Made by a program: the position numbers and the translations under genes. Below are positions 21,875-29,685 of a DNA stretch of 39,052 nt, piece after piece (the stretch's first letter is position 1; every line of letters begins with the position of its first letter). Below the pieces are notes generated by a model, which was not told where the DNA came from, made no database searches, and was given only the letters and a program-made list of their open reading frames with translations. The DNA comes from Octopus bimaculoides (taxonomy: Eukaryota). The stretch covers positions 19,736,992 to 19,776,043 of the forward strand of contig NC_069007.1 of the NCBI RefSeq assembly GCF_001194135.2, read 5' to 3'.

Positions 21875-24676
21875 CATACATATATGTCGCCATGATTAAT
21901 CGCTGACAAAACATTCAATTTTTTTTTCTCCGTGTTTTTTTCCTTGTTTTCTCCGTATTTTTTCTGTTGAAGAGTGTAGCTCGATACGTTAAAGACTTTC
22001 TGTATTCCCGAGCCTCAAACTGATACATCCTTTTGCTGTTTACACCACCTGTCCTCGTCTGTTGTTGTTGTTTTTTTTTCGTACATTCTCCCATACATAC
22101 ATACATACTTCGTTTTTGTATCTGGTTTACAAACATGCGTACAAACAGACACAAGAGAATACAGCTCCAACAATGAGAACCCAGGGTTGGGTTCAAAATT
22201 CTACCAGGACACCTGATGAAGGATAGAGAGTGAGAAGGGAGATAACAATCGAGACGTTGTAGTAGCAATAAACAAGATGAGGACAAATATTCGTCGAATG
22301 TAAATAATTAATTCGTTTTATTGGCCACAAGGGCTAATATCAATCAAAAACATGTAAGGACGAAGGTTACAAAAGGTTTTGTCCGAAAAGTAGAAAAACG
22401 TTCGTGTAAACAGAGGAAGAAAACGGAGAAAGATATAACAAATAAATTAAATAATAAACAAGAAACTGTTGAAAGAAAGAACTTACAATGTACAGAGATG
22501 TGGACAAAACTGGTTCCTCTTTTTGCGACATGGCTCCCCACAACAATGTGGCGTATCATAATGGTTCCACTGTGGATTCACCATTTTACCTGGAATGATA
22601 AAGGATTTTTTTTTTGTGTGGAATCATTGGAATGTCTAGCAGACAGGAATTTCTCTGGTTTAACCCTTTAGCAGTGAAACTTGACCCGTATCTGGCCAAA
22701 ATGTTTTTACCCGTTTTATATTCAATCCTGGCCAGATCTAGCCTTTCACACCTAGCCTACACTGTCATTCGACAAACAAGCACTTACATCATTGAAATCT
22801 CACAGCTACGAGATAATCCTGGATTAATTTGAAACACTGTGAAGTCAATAAATAAGCATTACATTTGACAGAGTAATCATCATCATCGTCATTTAACGTC
22901 CAATCTCCATGCTGGCATGGCTGGATAGGACACTTTGACAAGAGGAGGAAAGCTGGAGAGCTGCCCAAGCTCCAAGTGTCTGCTTTCGCTTGCTTCCTGC
23001 AACTGGATGCTCTTCCTAACGCCGACCATTTTACAGAGTGTATCAACATCATCGTCATCATTTAAAATCCGTTTTCCATGCTGGCATGCGTTTCACAGGA
23101 GCTGGCCAACTAAAGAGCTGCCCAGGTGCCATTTCTGTTTCGGCAGGGTTTCTATGGCTGAATGCCCTCCCTAATGCCAACCATTTTACAGAGAGTACTG
23201 GGTGCTTTCCATGTGGCACCAGCACTCACAAGCCTGCAAAATTAGGGATGCTCAGCTGGAGAGGGTTGCAGGGGACAAGCCTGTATGGAAGGACAACCAC
23301 GCTTTAACTTCTCAAGCACAACAAAGCCACCAGGAGTCTTGGACCCCTTGTCATCCCCTTTGTGAAGCCCAACATCTGGAGATCCTTTCTCACCACTTCA
23401 TGCCACATGTTCCAATCAGTCCCACACTCATTAATCACCAGGTAGCTATAAAGTAGATGAGGAAGAACGAGTATGGTGGATAGTGGTCATTCAAAAGAGA
23501 ACCTACAGGGAAACTGAATTTGAGACGTTTTGGCACAGCTATTTTGGCCCATAATCCCCAGGGTGTATGGATAGCCCCAAGTTAAGAATCCCTGCGCTGA
23601 ATAAATACTACATGAGAGGGACAATGCAAAAAAAAAAAAGCCAAAAAGACAAAGAAACTTACCACAGAAGCACTTGTATTGTCTGGGAATCTGGTTTGAT
23701 ACTGCTTGACATACAGGACACCTCCAGCCTTTATTATCGTCTGCGGAAAACAGAGACAAAAGCAGATATAACAAACACTGACAAGATTATTTACCACTTT
23801 TATTTACATTATTTACATTTGACGGATATTTGTCCTCATCTTGTTTGTTGTTAAAACAACGTTTCGGCTGATATTCCTTCCAGCCTTCATCAAGTGTCTT
23901 GGGGAAATTTCGAACCTGGGTTCTCATTCCTAAGGTATTCTTCAATGTTATCATTATGTTATCAAGCCAACCAAAGCCTTGTGAAGGGATTTAGTAGATG
24001 GAGACTATAAGAAGCCTGTCATATATGTGTCTGTGTGTCTTTGTCTCCGACCACCACTTGACAACCAGTGCTGGTTTGTTTACATCCCTGTAACTTAATA
24101 GTTTGACAAAAGTTTAACAGAATAATTACCATCACCATAGGCATAGGAGTGGCTGTGTGCTAAGAAGTCTGCTTCCCAACCACATGGTTCCAGGTTCAGT
24201 CCCACTGTGTGGCACCCTGGGCAAGTGTCTTCTACTACAGACTCAAGCCAATCAAAGCCTTGAGTGGATTTAGTCAGAGGCTTCTTCCAGAAGCCTGTCA
24301 TATATATATATATATATATATANNNNNNNNNNNNNNNNNNNNNNNNNNNNNNNNNNNNNNNNNNNNNNNNNNNNNNNAAAATAAATTGGTTAATAGATAC
24401 CAGGGTAGCAAAAATCACAAAATAACTGTGGTGTAACTCCTGTTTATGAGGTAGAAACTCCTTGATATTTTGGGTACTTGAGTATATATAGATTTAAAGA
24501 ATGGAGTAAACGCATATTATAACTGCATACTTTTATTCCGACATATGTTTCGAAGAATTACAATTTATGTGATCCATAGGAATGTTAAAAATGTAAACTT
24601 CTCCTCAGGGAAATGTATGGGAACCAGCTTAAACATAAGACATTACAACCTGAGGACAAGTTTACATTTTTAAATT

Positions 24677-24707
<31 letters not shown>

Positions 24708-27211
24708 ATGTGTGTGTGTGTGTGTGTCCCACCACAACTTGACAACCAGTGTTGGTTTGATTACATCTCTGTAACTTAGCAGTTCAACTGAAGTGACTAA
24801 CAGAATAAGTAACAGGTTAAAAAAAAAAATTAATTACTGGGATTAATTAATTCAACTTAAAACTCTTCAAGGATGCACACTCTTATGACAAAAACAAGAT
24901 ACAAAAAAAAAAGAAGAAAATAAAGGCCAACAGTACCTGTGACGACAGCAGCTGCAGGTGAGAGGGCCCATTTCTTGATGCAGGGCATATGGAAGACGTT
25001 ATAGCAATGCATGCAACTCCATATTGGTGCATCAGGATAGACAATGCAGCAACACACCATGCACTCGTACTTGCAGTTCCGCAGCTGTTGACTCAACAAA
25101 TCTGAATTAGGAATGAAACACATATTGTCCGTCAGGTTTCTTCTACCAAATATATACACCAATATATATATATACACGCTGCCAATGTTTTAATTAATTT
25201 GTAAATTTCTGAAGAATTGTAGAGGGATTTAGGAAAATGATTGTTTCGATAAGTGCTTTTATTAAGATGGTGTTTGGAATGGAACAAAAGGCAAATATAT
25301 ATTGGGATATTTAAGATTGTGTTTGGGACATAATAAAAGACAAATGACAGTTGTTGGCATTCCGTCGCTTACGACGACGAGGGTTCCAGTTGATCCGATC
25401 AACAGAACAGCCTGCTCGTGAAATTAACGTGCAAGTGGCTGAGCACTCCACAGACACGTGTACCCTTAACATAGTTCTCGGGGATATTCAGCGTGACACA
25501 GAGTGTGACAAGGCTGACCCTTTGAATTACAGGCACAACAGAAACAGGAAGTAAGAGTGAGAGAAAGTTGTGGTGAAAGAGTACAGCAGGGTTCACCACC
25601 ATCCCCTGCCGGAGCCTCGTGGAGCTTTAGGTGTCTTTGCTCAATAAACACTCACAACGTCAGGTCTGGGAATCGAAACCGCGATCCTATGACCGCAAGT
25701 CCGCTGCCCTAACCACTGGGCCATTGCGCCTCCACAAAAAAGATAAATACACAGGGTGCGATGAATAAACTGTCTAGATTACGCAAAAATGAAAGATAGA
25801 GATGGGGAGAGTCAGAGAGATGGTTGGGGATATGTGTCAGGACACACCCTCAAGGGACAGTGTGGGGGTTGAATATAAGGGGTGGGATATAAGTGAACTG
25901 AGGATTGGACTAGGTGAGTACGTAGGAAGGGGACAGAAGGAAAACTTTCATAAGAATGCAAAAAAGAGACATACCTCTTTGATTCTCATCATCCATCTCA
26001 TTAGCAGAATCATCATCATCATCTTCATATTCCTTCTTACCCAAAGATTCTCTTCGATTCCTCTCTTTGTTGTATTCTTTCTTCGCTTTCCAAGGAACGC
26101 TTGATCTCTGGTAGTCCCGATCATGGGAGCGAACCTGTCGAAACTCCTCGGAGTGTCTCGCAGGCCGCGGAGCGTATCTGCTGCTTTGCTTATTTTTCGG
26201 TAAGCCTTCAAGTTTGTTCATTCTTTCGTGGTTCCCAGAGAAGTTATCTTTCGTGTTTGAAGGAGCTCTCTCCTTATTAGGGTTCCTGTCCCCTGATTTA
26301 TCATACCAATTTCTACCATTCCTTGAATAGTTGTTACTCACATGCTTATTCCGAGGCTTTGACTGATAAGAAGAATCGGTCGTGTGGAAATTTTCTTGCA
26401 ACGACATATTGGAAGGCGTACTTGATGCCATAGCATTCATTCTTTCATTAGTCTCATCCAACGTGGCGCTTCTATTGTGAGCTTCTCCCAAATGGCTCCA
26501 ATGTGGTGTTCTGTCATCAGACACAACCAAAGCGGCGCTGTTGTGAGGCTCGCCGGAATAGTAATAAGCATTTCTTTCAAACGATAAATTATGATTTCTT
26601 TGACCTAACGGTGGGTGCTGTTTCTTATTTTGGTATTCATGTGACCAGGCACCATCATGCTGGAAATTGTCTTTGCTATGTTTTGGCTCGTTCCATTTGG
26701 ATTTTGGATTTGCAGCACCCCTATAGTAATTCTTCTGGTTACTCCAAGAAGACCTGTTAATGTCTACAACTTCAGCACCATTATTTTCATTAAATTTACC
26801 ATTCCTATTGTCCATCCTGTATGAATGTGCACCTCTGTTCGGGGCCCTTACGTTATTTTGTGGATACTGACCATAAGAGCGGCCCCGTTTTCTTTCGGGG
26901 TTATGGAATTTAGGGGTTCTTTTCTCAGTATTTTCTCGCTGATGTCGAGGCATATTGTGTTTCTCTCGTGGACTTTGCTGGTGTCCAGGAAACTGACCGT
27001 AATGAGCATATGCGGGCGAACCCATCGCCTGAACTGAGTAGCCATCAGGGTGGACATTACTGTTGATGGTGTGGTAATGCTCGTTAGGAACGAACACTGG
27101 AGCAGCACTGTTCAATTGAGAATTACTGTAGGCAGGGGCGACCGATGGAGGAGATCTCGATATGTGACCGGGATAAAATCGTTGATTAGCAAACTGATCA
27201 GAATTAGCCAT
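8436..27211 (-). CDS. NFX1: NFX1 (nuclear transcription factor, X-box binding 1; shuttle craft orthologue), complete 22-coding-exon model, 1200 aa
   Basis: Exon-by-exon manual translation gives a PAM2 motif ([12 protein letters not shown]), RING/PHD-like CMVCC...FHMPCIKKW...WRCPVCQ, successive NF-X1 zinc fingers (C...L.CG.H.C...CH.G.C..C), R3H and terminal [11 protein letters not shown]. All introns are GT-AG, phases match, and exon lengths sum to 3603 nt. Confidence 0.97.
8710..8850 (+). mobile_element. Decayed RTE-like 3' tail (family E)
   Basis: AAGGCATCCAGCTGTAGAAAC...AACCCATGCCAGCA is shared with copies at 12650, 35700 and 38730. Confidence 0.6.
8875..9250 (+). mobile_element. Full-length tRNA-derived SINE family A with target-site duplication
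   Basis: Head GTGGAGGCGCAATGGCCCAGTGGTTAG...GGTTTCAATTCCC (A/B boxes); 11-bp TSD ATATAAATCTA at 8863-8873 and 9262-9272. Confidence 0.93.
9338..9384 (-). ncRNA. Minimal hammerhead-like motif, sub-type A, decayed, in the last NFX1 intron
   Basis: Minus strand reads GACAC-CTGATGA-GATAC-CAATAA-GGTTT-GAAA-ATCAAT-TA-AGGCTG; stem II is largely broken. Confidence 0.5.
9421..9550 (-). mobile_element. Tc1/mariner-superfamily transposase remnant
   Basis: [24 protein letters not shown], a frameshift, then [18 protein letters not shown], containing the QQDSAP.H second-Asp motif. Confidence 0.8.
9806..9907 (-). CDS. NFX1: NFX1 coding exon 21: [19 protein letters not shown]...
   Basis: AG/GT boundaries, phase 2-2, homologous to the post-R3H segment. 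Confidence 0.88.
9943..10290. repeat. 16-bp tandem (AGAGGAGGTGACATGT, about 5 copies) decaying into an ACATGT-rich tract
   Basis: Directly visible. Confidence 0.8.
10390..10535 (-). CDS. NFX1: NFX1 coding exon 20 (R3H domain): [48 protein letters not shown]
   Basis: R3H motif R...H; AG/GT boundaries. Confidence 0.95.
10620..11170 (-). mobile_element. Cluster of SINE family B copies, partly duplicated across a 10-N gap
   Basis: Reverse complement of the family B consensus; 10789-10891 is repeated at 10902-11003. Confidence 0.85.
11540..11606 (-). CDS. NFX1: NFX1 coding exon 19: [22 protein letters not shown]
   Basis: AG/GT boundaries, phase 2-0. Confidence 0.9.
11933..12067 (-). CDS. NFX1: NFX1 coding exon 18: [20 protein letters not shown]...SQFLKDFA
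   Basis: Conserved LEC.EEC...ER.RRLA.A motif; AG/GT boundaries. Confidence 0.95.
12360..12800 (+). mobile_element. RTE-like 3' tail element (family E) with internal degenerate repeats
   Basis: CACTCTCGGAGTGGTTG...AGGAAGGGCATCCAGCTGTAGAAACTCTGCC...GGACGTTAAA end; reverse copies at 35680 and 38715. Confidence 0.8.
12982..13068 (-). CDS. NFX1: NFX1 coding exon 17: [28 protein letters not shown]
   Basis: AG/GT boundaries, phase 2-2; aligns with the G.SV.I.K segment. Confidence 0.85.
13330..13720. repeat. (GTG/GTT/GAT)n triplet array
   Basis: Directly visible; gives spurious poly-Val/Thr/Pro ORFs. Confidence 0.95.
13770..13855 (-). CDS. NFX1: NFX1 coding exon 16: [28 protein letters not shown]
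   Basis: V...C.CG motif; AG/GT boundaries. Confidence 0.9.
14175..14575 (-). mobile_element. Two tandem SINE family B copies (about 14175-14345 and 14385-14575)
   Basis: Both match the reverse complement of family B, separated by a (TAA)n tail. Confidence 0.85.
14586..14930. mobile_element. Non-autonomous Helentron/HINE (DINE-1-like) element candidate
   Basis: 5' subterminal CCTCCGCC at 14611-14618; 3' palindrome TACCTCTGCCTTCG|CGAAGGCGGAAGTA at 14901-14928 (12 of 14 paired) containing its complement; no TIR or TSD seen. Confidence 0.55.
14952..15080 (-). CDS. NFX1: NFX1 coding exon 15: [43 protein letters not shown]
   Basis: NF-X1 zinc finger; phase 0-0. Confidence 0.95.
15471..15693. mobile_element. 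TTAA-flanked MITE (piggyBac-type termini)
   Basis: TTAA at 15467-15470 and 15694-15697; TIR CCCTTTTGATACCA / TGGTAACAAAAGGG (13 of 14). Confidence 0.85.
15857..15961 (-). CDS. NFX1: NFX1 coding exon 14: [35 protein letters not shown]
   Basis: NIPCH..DISCG motif; phase 0-0. Confidence 0.95.
16310..16389 (-). CDS. NFX1: NFX1 coding exon 13: [26 protein letters not shown]
   Basis: CPPCT.LT.K.C.G.HE motif; AG/GT boundaries. Confidence 0.95.
17387..17506 (-). CDS. NFX1: NFX1 coding exon 12: [39 protein letters not shown]
   Basis: F.ELTC.CG..VI.PPVPCGT.PP.C motif. Confidence 0.96.
17530..17685. repeat. Degenerate minisatellite built on GTTACAGT(T/G)TGA
   Basis: Directly visible in the intron. 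Confidence 0.65.
17716..17824 (-). CDS. NFX1: NFX1 coding exon 11: [36 protein letters not shown]
   Basis: NF-X1 zinc finger; AG/GT boundaries. Confidence 0.96.
18344..18426 (-). CDS. NFX1: NFX1 coding exon 10: [27 protein letters not shown]
   Basis: F.C...CNKKR.CG.HKC...CCV motif. Confidence 0.95.
18762..18893 (-). CDS. NFX1: NFX1 coding exon 9: [43 protein letters not shown]
   Basis: NF-X1 zinc finger; phase 1-1. Confidence 0.95.
19020..19228 (-). CDS. NFX1: NFX1 coding exon 8: [22 protein letters not shown]...CPCGHTP...[21 protein letters not shown]
   Basis: NF-X1 zinc finger; AG/GT boundaries. Confidence 0.96.
19425..20180. repeat. 21-bp minisatellite (AGTCCAGACATAACTAGCCTC) spanning an N-gap, with a 162-bp higher-order repeat
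   Basis: Perfect units at 19460-19576; the block starting at 19879 recurs at 20041. Confidence 0.92.
20361..20454 (-). CDS. NFX1: NFX1 coding exon 7: [30 protein letters not shown]
   Basis: C.C....R...C......YSC...C motif; phase 1-2. Confidence 0.92.
21096..21256 (-). mobile_element. 5' segment of SINE family C/D
   Basis: Reverse complement reads GGAGTGGCTGTGTGGTAAG...GGTTCATTCCCACTGCGTGGCACCTTGGG; abuts (TA)n. Confidence 0.85.
21442..21581 (-). CDS. NFX1: NFX1 coding exon 6: [46 protein letters not shown]
   Basis: NF-X1 zinc finger; AG/GT boundaries. Confidence 0.95.
21743..21814 (-). CDS. NFX1: NFX1 coding exon 5: [23 protein letters not shown]
   Basis: CHPGPCP.C motif; phase 2-2. Confidence 0.95.
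22180..22315 (+). mobile_element. Decayed PLE-type terminal fragment with hammerhead remnant (sub-type C)
   Basis: GACAC-CTGATGA-AGG...GAGAC-GTT-GT followed by AAACAAGATGAGGACAAATAT; reverse homologue at 23800-23940. Confidence 0.6.
22487..22589 (-). CDS. NFX1: NFX1 coding exon 4: [33 protein letters not shown]
   Basis: NP.W.....PH.CGE.C motif; phase 1-2. Confidence 0.95.
22664..22877. mobile_element. Partial TTAA-CCC-type MITE (one end only)
   Basis: Starts TTAA|CCCTTTAGCA; the matching right terminus is not seen. Confidence 0.35.
22875..23440 (-). mobile_element. RTE-like retroelement remnants (family E tails plus ORF end)
   Basis: (GAT)n-tailed 3' ends on the minus strand; about 23344-23408 translates to [20 protein letters not shown], resembling the C-terminal end of RTE ORF2. 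Confidence 0.65.
23663..23740 (-). CDS. NFX1: NFX1 coding exon 3: [25 protein letters not shown]
   Basis: WRCP.CQ end of the RING; phase 1-1. Confidence 0.96.
23800..23940 (-). mobile_element. PLE-type terminal fragment containing a hammerhead (sub-type C, 23854-23898) with a C3U change
   Basis: Minus strand reads GACAC-TTGATGA-A-GGCTG-GAAGGAATAT-CAGCC-GAAAC-GTT-GTTT; perfect 5-bp stem II, palindromic ACGT stem III. Confidence 0.7.
24140..24301 (+). mobile_element. 5' segment of SINE family C/D
   Basis: GGAGTGGCTGTGTG...GGTTCAGTCCCACTGTGTGGCACCCTGGGCAAGTGTCTT; runs into (TA)n and an N-gap. Confidence 0.85.
24524..24619 (-). ncRNA. Type I hammerhead ribozyme, apparently intact (sub-type D), sense in the NFX1 intron between coding exons 2 and 3
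   Basis: CUGAGGA at 24608-24602; stem II GAAG/CUUC extended by UUACA/UGUAA; GAAA at 24551-24548; stem III AC-AUAU-GU; GUC triplet at 24542-24540; stem I UUCC/GGAA plus CAUAC/GUAUG beyond an internal loop. Confidence 0.8.
24585..24673. repeat. 25-bp inverted repeat (1 mismatch, 39-nt spacer) overlapping the hammerhead 5' core
   Basis: TTAAAAATGTAAACTTCTCCTCAGG at 24585-24609 versus CCTGAGGACAAGTTTACATTTTTAA at 24649-24673. Confidence 0.9.
24937..25101 (-). CDS. NFX1: NFX1 coding exon 2 (RING): [54 protein letters not shown]
   Basis: YECMVCC...WSC..CY.VFH..CIKKW motif; AG/GT boundaries. Confidence 0.97.
25350..25735 (-). mobile_element. Full-length tRNA-derived SINE family A
   Basis: Reverse complement of the 8875 and 28048 copies over the whole length. 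Confidence 0.93.
25975..27211 (-). CDS. NFX1: NFX1 coding exon 1 (1237 nt; low-complexity N-terminus, PAM2 motif at about 27086-27121)
   Basis: 412-codon open frame, GTATG donor in phase 1 joining to the RING exon; AG acceptor 12 nt upstream of the ATG (exon starts at 27223). Confidence 0.92.
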
Positions 27212-27535
27212 TTCAAAATAAATCTGGGGGAGAAAAAAATAGAAAAAGAGAAAACAGATTTTATTAATACACAGAAGACGTAAGCATAGTTAGAATAGGC
27301 ACAGGTGTGGCTGTGAGGTAAGTAGCTTCCTTCCCAACCACATGGTTCTGGGTTCAATCCCACTGCATGGCACCTTGAGCCTTTGCTGATTGTGAGCCCA
27401 GCTGGTTAGCATCGGGAAGAGCATTCAACCATCAAGACCAGGCCAAAACTGACATAGGAGCACAACACAGTCCTGAAGCTCATTGGATCCTGTCAAACCT
27501 TCTAACCCATGCCAGCATGCTAAAACGGACGTTAA

Positions 27536-27750
27536 CCCTTTTTATTGCCACATTTCTATTGAAGCACACTACCTCTCTTTCAATTAATTTCGAAAATAAC
27601 GAAGAATTTATTAAAATCACTTTGCCATTATTTAGCTGCTGTTTGGAACATATATTAACACGAAATTTTAAAGGAAAGTTTAAAACTTTGAAATAATATA
27701 TTTGTATCAGAGAATTACATGGGGCCTCCGACAGGTTGGTATTAAAAGGG
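27536..27750. mobile_element. TTAA-flanked MITE nested in a family E tail
   Basis: TTAA at 27532-27535 and 27751-27754; CCCTTTT/AAAAGGG termini; similar to the 15471 MITE in the opposite orientation. Confidence 0.85.
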
Positions 27751-27790
27751 TTAAATGATGATAACGATGATGATTGTGTTTTGGTTTGAA

Positions 27791-27891
27791 TATAAGGAAC
27801 CCCCTAATTTTGGAGTGCTTATAATACTAGCCATGTGTAACAAACTTCCATATTTTTTAACCTAATTTTTGACAAGAAAGGGTTCCTTATA
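27791..27891. mobile_element. About 100-bp MITE-like element with a 12-bp perfect TIR
   Basis: TATAAGGAACCC at 27791-27802 and GGGTTCCTTATA at 27880-27891. Confidence 0.45.
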
Positions 27892-28047
27892 CACGTTAAA
27901 ATAGGGTAATTTAGTTTGGATTTGTAATTACATTTTTCATCATTAAATAATTCAAATGACAATATTTAAAATGACCAGACAAGTGAAATGGTACTGTACT
28001 AATTGCTTTCGTTAATGAAGGATTGATACGGTATATTCATTGCCTGT

Positions 28048-28433
28048 GTGGAGGCGCAATGGCCCAGTGGTTAGGGCAGTGGACTCGTGGTCATAGGATC
28101 GCGGTTTCGATTCCCAGACCGGGCGTTGTGAGTGTTTATTAAGCGAAAACACCTAAAGGCTCCACGAGGCTCTGGCAGGGGATGGTGGCGAACCCTGCTG
28201 TACTCTTTCACCCCAACTTTCTCTCACTCTTACTTCCTGTTTCTGTTGTGCCTGTAATTCAAAGGGTCAACCTTGTCACACTGTGTCACGCTGAATATCC
28301 CCGAGAACTACGTTAAGGGTAACACGTGTCTGTGGAGTGCTCAGCCACTTGCACGTTAATTTCACGAGCAGGCTGTTCCGTTGATCGGATCAACTGGAAC
28401 CGTCGACGTCGTAAGCGACGGAGTGCCAACAAC
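28048..28433 (+). mobile_element. Full-length tRNA-derived SINE family A with target-site duplication
   Basis: A/B-box head, (CAA) tail, ATTGCCTGTGT duplicated at 28039-28049 and 28445-28455. Confidence 0.93.
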
Positions 28434-28779
28434 ACTAACTGTTTATTGCCTGTGTTGTTATGCAACAGAAGAGACACGTGTGGAACCCTCATCCCTCGTA
28501 TTTTTTCCTCGATGACAGACAGACAGACAGACAAAACGGAGAGAGCGTCGACAGACAGACAAGACAGTCAGTTGAAGATAAAGTGAGAGAGAGGCAGACA
28601 TAAACAGATAGATAGAAGGATATATACGGAGAAAGAGAGACAGGTATAGATGTTAATGAAACTGTGTGGTTGGTTTGATGTGTAATTTTACAGTAAAGTA
28701 TCTACCGAGGTGTCAGGAGTCAACTCATTTAAAAATAGAATATCAAATTTCTTTTAATATTTTTTCCACTGTACAAATG

Positions 28780-29490
28780 ACAGACGGCAGAGGGGGGGAA
28801 AAGGGCGGACTTTGAGAAATAATGTACCGTTTTTCTCCCTCGCAGACCGACCTATTTTCCTACTAATTTAACTTTCACTTTCGTTGCTATTTTCCACGAA
28901 TTTTCACTTCCAGTTTTGTCTTCTATCATAAACCGTTTCTTATCTAAGTTCGAGCAACTTTCCACAACAAGAAGCATAAACAGCTGGCAGCTTTAGTAAA
29001 AGCATATTACCTTAACTTCGGTAAATACCGAGATATGTCCGCTGACCTTAATATAGTATTTTAAAATTTGTTTTTTCTTCAATAAGTACTGGGCAAAAGA
29101 TAGGCGGCTGCTCACGGGAAATTTAACAATACTAACTGAAAGTATTATTATTCGATATTTTCGATTTGTAATAAATTACACGTAAACTGGGTCATTTCTA
29201 ATTACGAGTTGATAATCGATAATAAACAGTTAAGATGATGTTATAAGAAAATATATATATATACTCGTGTTCTGTGCCTTGGAAAACTTATTGGTAAAAT
29301 TCAATTTAAAAATATTTAATACTGAGATAGTTACAAGGGAACAAAATTGAGAGGGGTTACAAACTATAGTTACACCTCGAAACATACATTTAGATAATTA
29401 TGGTCGGTTCGTTGGGTTACCCAGATATTTGCGTCCACAGAGCGCTCGACTTTACATACGTTCCGTCAGACCCTAATAGATGGTGCCCTA
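28780..29490 (-). promoter_or_regulatory. Candidate NFX1 promoter / non-coding first exon region
   Basis: Locally CpG-retaining unique sequence upstream of the 27223 acceptor; donor-like AAG|GTAAT at 29011/29010. No transcript evidence. Confidence 0.35.
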
Positions 29491-29650
29491 TAACCTCACA
29501 TAACTATATAAATGTATATATATGTGTCTGTGTGTATATAGTGTATATGTATACGTCTGTGTGTGTATATATATATGCGTACGTACGTATGTATATTATA
29601 TATATATATATATGCGTGTGTATGTTTATATGAGTGTGAATGTATACACA

Positions 29651-29685
<35 letters not shown>

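Noticed and set aside
22105-22212. Exon-like segment with AG and GTATG boundaries (RCPGRILNP...)
   Set aside because: Overlaps the decayed PLE-type fragment, has no NFX1 homology, and exons 4 and 5 join correctly without it.
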